DNA from: Catajapyx aquilonaris
Lineage: Eukaryota
NCBI GenBank assembly: GCA_000934665.2
Contig: JYFJ02003515.1
Location: 1-40,649, forward strand
Direction of reading: 5' to 3'
DNA length: 40,649 nt
Shown: in pieces, positions 36,201 through 40,649 of the stretch
Layout: every line of letters starts with the position of its first letter
Position numbering within the stretch: position 1 is the first letter of the stretch
Position numbers and translations under genes: made by a program
Notes under the pieces: generated by a model
The model's input: only the letters and a program-made list of their open reading frames with translations
Told to the model about the DNA's origin: nothing
Database searches by the model: none

Positions 36201-38585
36201 TATACCTGATATTAACATTGCTATTCCAAGCAGGTGTTGGGGTGCGCATGTAAGTAGCTGTTTGGCCTTCTCACTTGCATCGTTTACGGCTTACGGTCTG
36301 GCCAGACTCCGTAACACGATGGAATGGTTGGTGCAAATATGCAAAACCATGGATACTTTGACACTAACAAGTTAGTGACAATCACAAGTGTAGGAAGTTC
36401 AAGTGCAGGGTAGGACAATAATAGGCCCTTGCCCTGCCCTTGCGAAGTCCTTGCATCCAAAATTAACTTATTCAAGTGATTATGTCCCAGATGCACTGTG
36501 AAATAAAATAACGCATATTGACGGATTGCTATGATAACAATATTATTTGTTACGTCAGATTACACACCTGATAAAGGAAACAGGGGGACAAATAAAACAG
36601 CCATGTCCCTATAATAGATGTCGGTCGTGTAATAATCAAGGTATGATAACCCTGACAGGGTTTCGAAGTTGAAGAAATAGCTACAGCAGCACTTTTTCTG
36701 TTAAGCTGTATTTCCACACTCTTAAAATAATATTGAAGTGCTGACTCTTCCATCACTAGTATTTTCCCACAAGGACGCTGGCCATCTCAGGAAGCAGCGA
36801 GTATTATGATGCAGCAGGCCCACGACGAGGGAAACAGAAGTAGACAAGTAATGGAAGGCACCATACTAGTAACATCTGTGGTGTAAAGAAAACAATACTG
36901 TACAATAATTTTTCACAGACAAAGGTGGTCATCAAATTAAGAAGGCGGCCATGAAACATGCTATCCAAATCGTGACCATCGCAAAAATCTCCAAAAGAAG
37001 AACTACCTGACAGAGCAAACACCATTAATTATTATATGTATAGGCCTCAGAGGTGGGCGGGAGTTGGACATACATAATGTATTTTGAAACATTATTTTGT
37101 AACCAGAAATAGTGACAAGATCCGTTGCAGCTTCTGCTGATGTCGTGTTGAACAATATCTACGAAAAGCTACTGCCGCTATGTGCCTAACTGAGCTAGCA
37201 AACAATTATTTATCAATTTTCTGACACCATATTATCATTGGGCTCAATGTAGTTCATTATAACCACCCTTTTTGGCTAATAATCAATTAGACTTTTCACC
37301 ACAAATCATTACTACCGCTACCTCAATAACACATACAATAATTGTCATTTAAGAAAGGAAAACATAACGGGTAAGCTATTGTTAACCTCCCTACTCAGAC
37401 TGTACCACATGCATCTGAACCTATGCAACACAGACCACTCATTCCAATGACGGCGGCTTCAACCAGCTTTGGTAGACGCAAACCAAGTCAGCTTTATGTT
37501 ACCCTGAATGTGGCAGTCAGCTCAGTTTTGCATAACCCCTAGAACCCCAGCATAAACCTCAAAGTTGCAGCGTGACAAGCATTTAGGTGGAGAAGGACAG
37601 TACCTAAATAATTCCAGGGTTTGCAAAACCAATGCCGTGGGTATTTTTCGACTGTGCAGCCATATATTGTAAATTAATTTTTATGAAATCCTAAATCTGA
37701 GTGTAGGAAAGATTTTCTCATTCACAAGCCGCCGGAAAGAGATCAATAATTGAGGACACCTTCTATTAAATCGTAGCTGAACTCGGGCAAACGTGTGACA
37801 TCAGAACTTGAAGATGAGAGAGCCAAACCCTCCGCAGTTGATAAGAGGTCACTTGAATTATAACTATTGAGCATGACCAGTTGATGATTGTGCTGAGAAA
37901 GTATGCATCACACAACCCACAGACCATCATGAGGACCCTCATATTAACAGAGGAAAGACTGACAATTAATAGTACATAAATCAACCAGCAATTAAGTGCA
38001 ATGTACATAACCAACCAGAGAAATGCTACATAAACTGCAATGTACCCCACTTTTCCCCATACGATAAATACAAGCCAAATATCCAAAAATGAAGAAGAAA
38101 ACAGTGGAACTGCAGTTGAATTAAATCCTATTATAATTAGCAGAAGCTTTTAATATATTCACGAATTTGACAACTAACTGGGCGCCTTTAATGACCCACA
38201 TATTAAGCACCATGAAGATATTAATTTCTTTATGAGAACCTTCTCCAACAGTTGCACTGTGAACCAGGCTAAATTAGCCCTTCAGAAAATATATGACGAT
38301 AACACCATCCCAACAAAATCGAGCAATAATCCATGTACATGGTCACCCAAGTACGTACTACTGTACCAGTGCCATGGTCTCCCAGCACATTATTTGAAGT
38401 CCAATGTGGGGAAGGCACAAATACACCATAACACCCAAGATACTAGCTCAAAACCCACCTTACCAACACCGACTCGACCTCTCACGTCTCTCCTGACGAC
38501 TCACATATTCAGAACATATGCAGCTATCAATTGTTGAACACTTCAATTAGGCTAGTAATGTACATTTGTATGTTTTCAAACGCAC

Positions 38586-38848
38586 CTCAAAGGTGACTGT
38601 GTCCATATAGCCTACTAACTACAAGAACTTCGCCTATGTTGCCAAAGAATTACATGTTGAAAACCGGAAGTTCTGGTTCAGCTGCAGAAGTACATGCAGC
38701 AACAGAGAAATGGCAGTGCCGTATCACGATTGTATTAGTTGATGGATCGGGACCATACTCATTATTAGGAGTGGCAGGTCGAGAACATGTTCTGAGGTAC
38801 GGACAAGGGGCTCATTACGACGCAATGGGAAGTTGTTTCATAAATTAA
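38586..38848 (+). pseudogene. OTU-like cysteine protease domain remnant
   Basis: KGDC (GDGNC-like Cys box, upstream of the ORF and separated by a stop/frameshift), YMLKTGSSGSAAEVHAA..W.CRITI and HYD match the OTU pattern M...G.WG...E..A...HYD. Confidence 0.6.
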
Positions 38849-39387
38849 AATATTGCAAAAGATCCTTTTGCATTAGTAAAAGGCTCTTCATCCACCAATA
38901 GAATAAATTTTCAACTGCGTTATTTAGGTGCCAGCAAGAGTATTGCTAAAACAGGGGCTCATGCTGTCCACCCAGCACCACTGATTACTTCAGCCAATGT
39001 AAGACTTGCGATACTGTAACATAACAGTACGGGAGTATGTAAGTCCTATACCACGCACTGTCACTATTCAAGAGAGAGGGTGACTACGCTCTCTTTCAAG
39101 ATTAAGATCAATGACGAGGACGGATTCACGTTGGTGAACAACAGGAAGAGGAGTTGGCTACAAGAGGTAACTGAGACGCGACCTCAGGCATGTCCATTCC
39201 ACTAACGGAGGTGGTACAACCACTGACAACAGCTACTGCTAGTGGTAAGCACCTTGGACGTCGTAAGACGACAAACCGAGGGAGGTCAAAAACCACAGAT
39301 AAGGACCGAAGGGAGCAACTGAAGGAGGAAGAAGCCCGACATTCAGATAAGTACCCTGAGGCAACAAGCTAACTCACCCGGAGCAAG

Positions 39388-40330
39388 ATGCGGGAAACAA
39401 ACACTCGTTACCATGCCAGTCTCCCTGAGAAAATTTGTGAACAAATTCGTCGTTATCATGCACGTCAGCCGGATGGTCAGGAAAACAATAACTCCTTACG
39501 ACACGCTGAACATATTAAGGGAAGCTTCACGTCGATATCACAAAAATATCAAAGGTACTATTTAAATCATACTGAAAGAAGTAGACGCTCGCGACATGAA
39601 CTATCAAGTGTTGCTAAAAGGCTGAAGGAAAAATATAGAAAAATTGGAAGTAAAAGCCTCAAGTGCTTAGGCAACGAAGAAAATACTAAAAATTATGGCT
39701 AAGCTTACAAAAGAATCAATCGGCCAAAAGATTGATTGCAACATCCATTTTCAAGTGGGTCATGGTCAGTAGAGGAAATATTTTGAAAAAAAAATCATTA
39801 CAAACTGACTAACGTTCAAGCCAGTGTTAATGTTTTCTTGACAAAAATTAAAGCGTGTGACCCTGAAGCAAGTGCCCGCGACAAGCTCTTTGTCACTCTT
39901 GGGAAACCCTGAAACCTACCAAGCCGAGAGGCATACTTCTATGAACAAGCTTATCGAGTTTATGATTTGTTAATGCCAATTCCTATAAACCTCGCTGGGG
40001 AGGCTGACATATTTGCAAGGTCTGTGAACCTTAGAAATTCCGAGAGGCCGGCCTGGACCTGGTCTCAGCTCAGCGATCATTAGATGAACATGATCTACAG
40101 CACATTGGGAGACGTATTCGAATTCATTATTGGATGCCCAATTACTTGTCTCTATACACTTACAGCAGGAACAGCGCTCGGTAAAAAGCGACTTACAATT
40201 TCTAAACAGTATAAATCCTCATTTTCTATCATTGAGAACACTATAAGCACATTGTACATGGTGATCGGACTTTGCAATAGTCTAGATACCATTATCGCTG
40301 CCCTTAAAAAACACCAACATTAGCATTTTA
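39388..40330 (+). mobile_element. Decayed N-terminal region of a putative Helitron/Helentron-type RepHel protein
   Basis: Basic RYH/RYY repeats (39388-39702), EAYFYEQAY...PIPINLAG (39928-40000), and adjacency to an OTU domain. No HUH or helicase motifs inside the window; assignment rests on recalled similarity. Confidence 0.4.
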
Positions 40331-40557
40331 CAAAATGTAGCAGACAAATGTCGGACTTAACGTTGAACCATTGCGTATAAAGCTAACTAAAACCTTCGTT
40401 TTTTGACCAAGCTGCATAACGCCGAGGAAGGTTTCTTGCTATCACAAGCTTTCCGCCGAAACGCGCTCTCAATTACCGGAACAGGTTTCACTGGATTGAC
40501 CATGTCCAGAGAATACTATCCAAATGCAATATAGCACTCGTCTCCCTCCCGGACATA

Positions 40558-40649
40558 CGAGGGTCGTCCAATAAGTTCTGAGCCTAAGGTAGATGGCGCG
40601 GGCTGATAATGATGTCCTTCCACCTGAAGGTAGTGACACTCATTAGAGC
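40558..40649. mobile_element. Left end of a Tc1/mariner-like element, cut by the window edge
   Basis: TA followed by cgagggtcgtccaataagt, typical of mariner TIR starts (TA|CGAGGG...AAGT). Partner TIR not visible. Confidence 0.55.

Overview
Eukaryotic (probably invertebrate animal) genomic DNA dominated by decayed, nested transposable elements; no prokaryotic features were seen. 1-13.2 kb is a dense nest of + strand retroelements: four R1/LOA-like non-LTR fragments (gag knuckle, APE endonuclease, RT, RNase H), a Ty3/Gypsy protease split by a foldback MITE with a 9-bp TSD, and an LTR-like block. One R1-like copy has lost its RT core and carries an internally deleted Academ-like DNA transposon and a 5'-truncated R2 element. 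That R2 lies outside rDNA yet ends in 27 nt of the 28S R2 target sequence, the most notable observation here. 14-37 kb is AT-rich, with old co-oriented segmental repeats and LINE/Gypsy debris. It holds one apparently intact 4-exon gene on the - strand (360-aa coiled-coil protein, CCDC166/DUF4515-like, 27212-25921). The right end has an OTU-domain/Helitron-like remnant and the start of a mariner-like element. All family assignments come from motif recognition by eye, not database searches.
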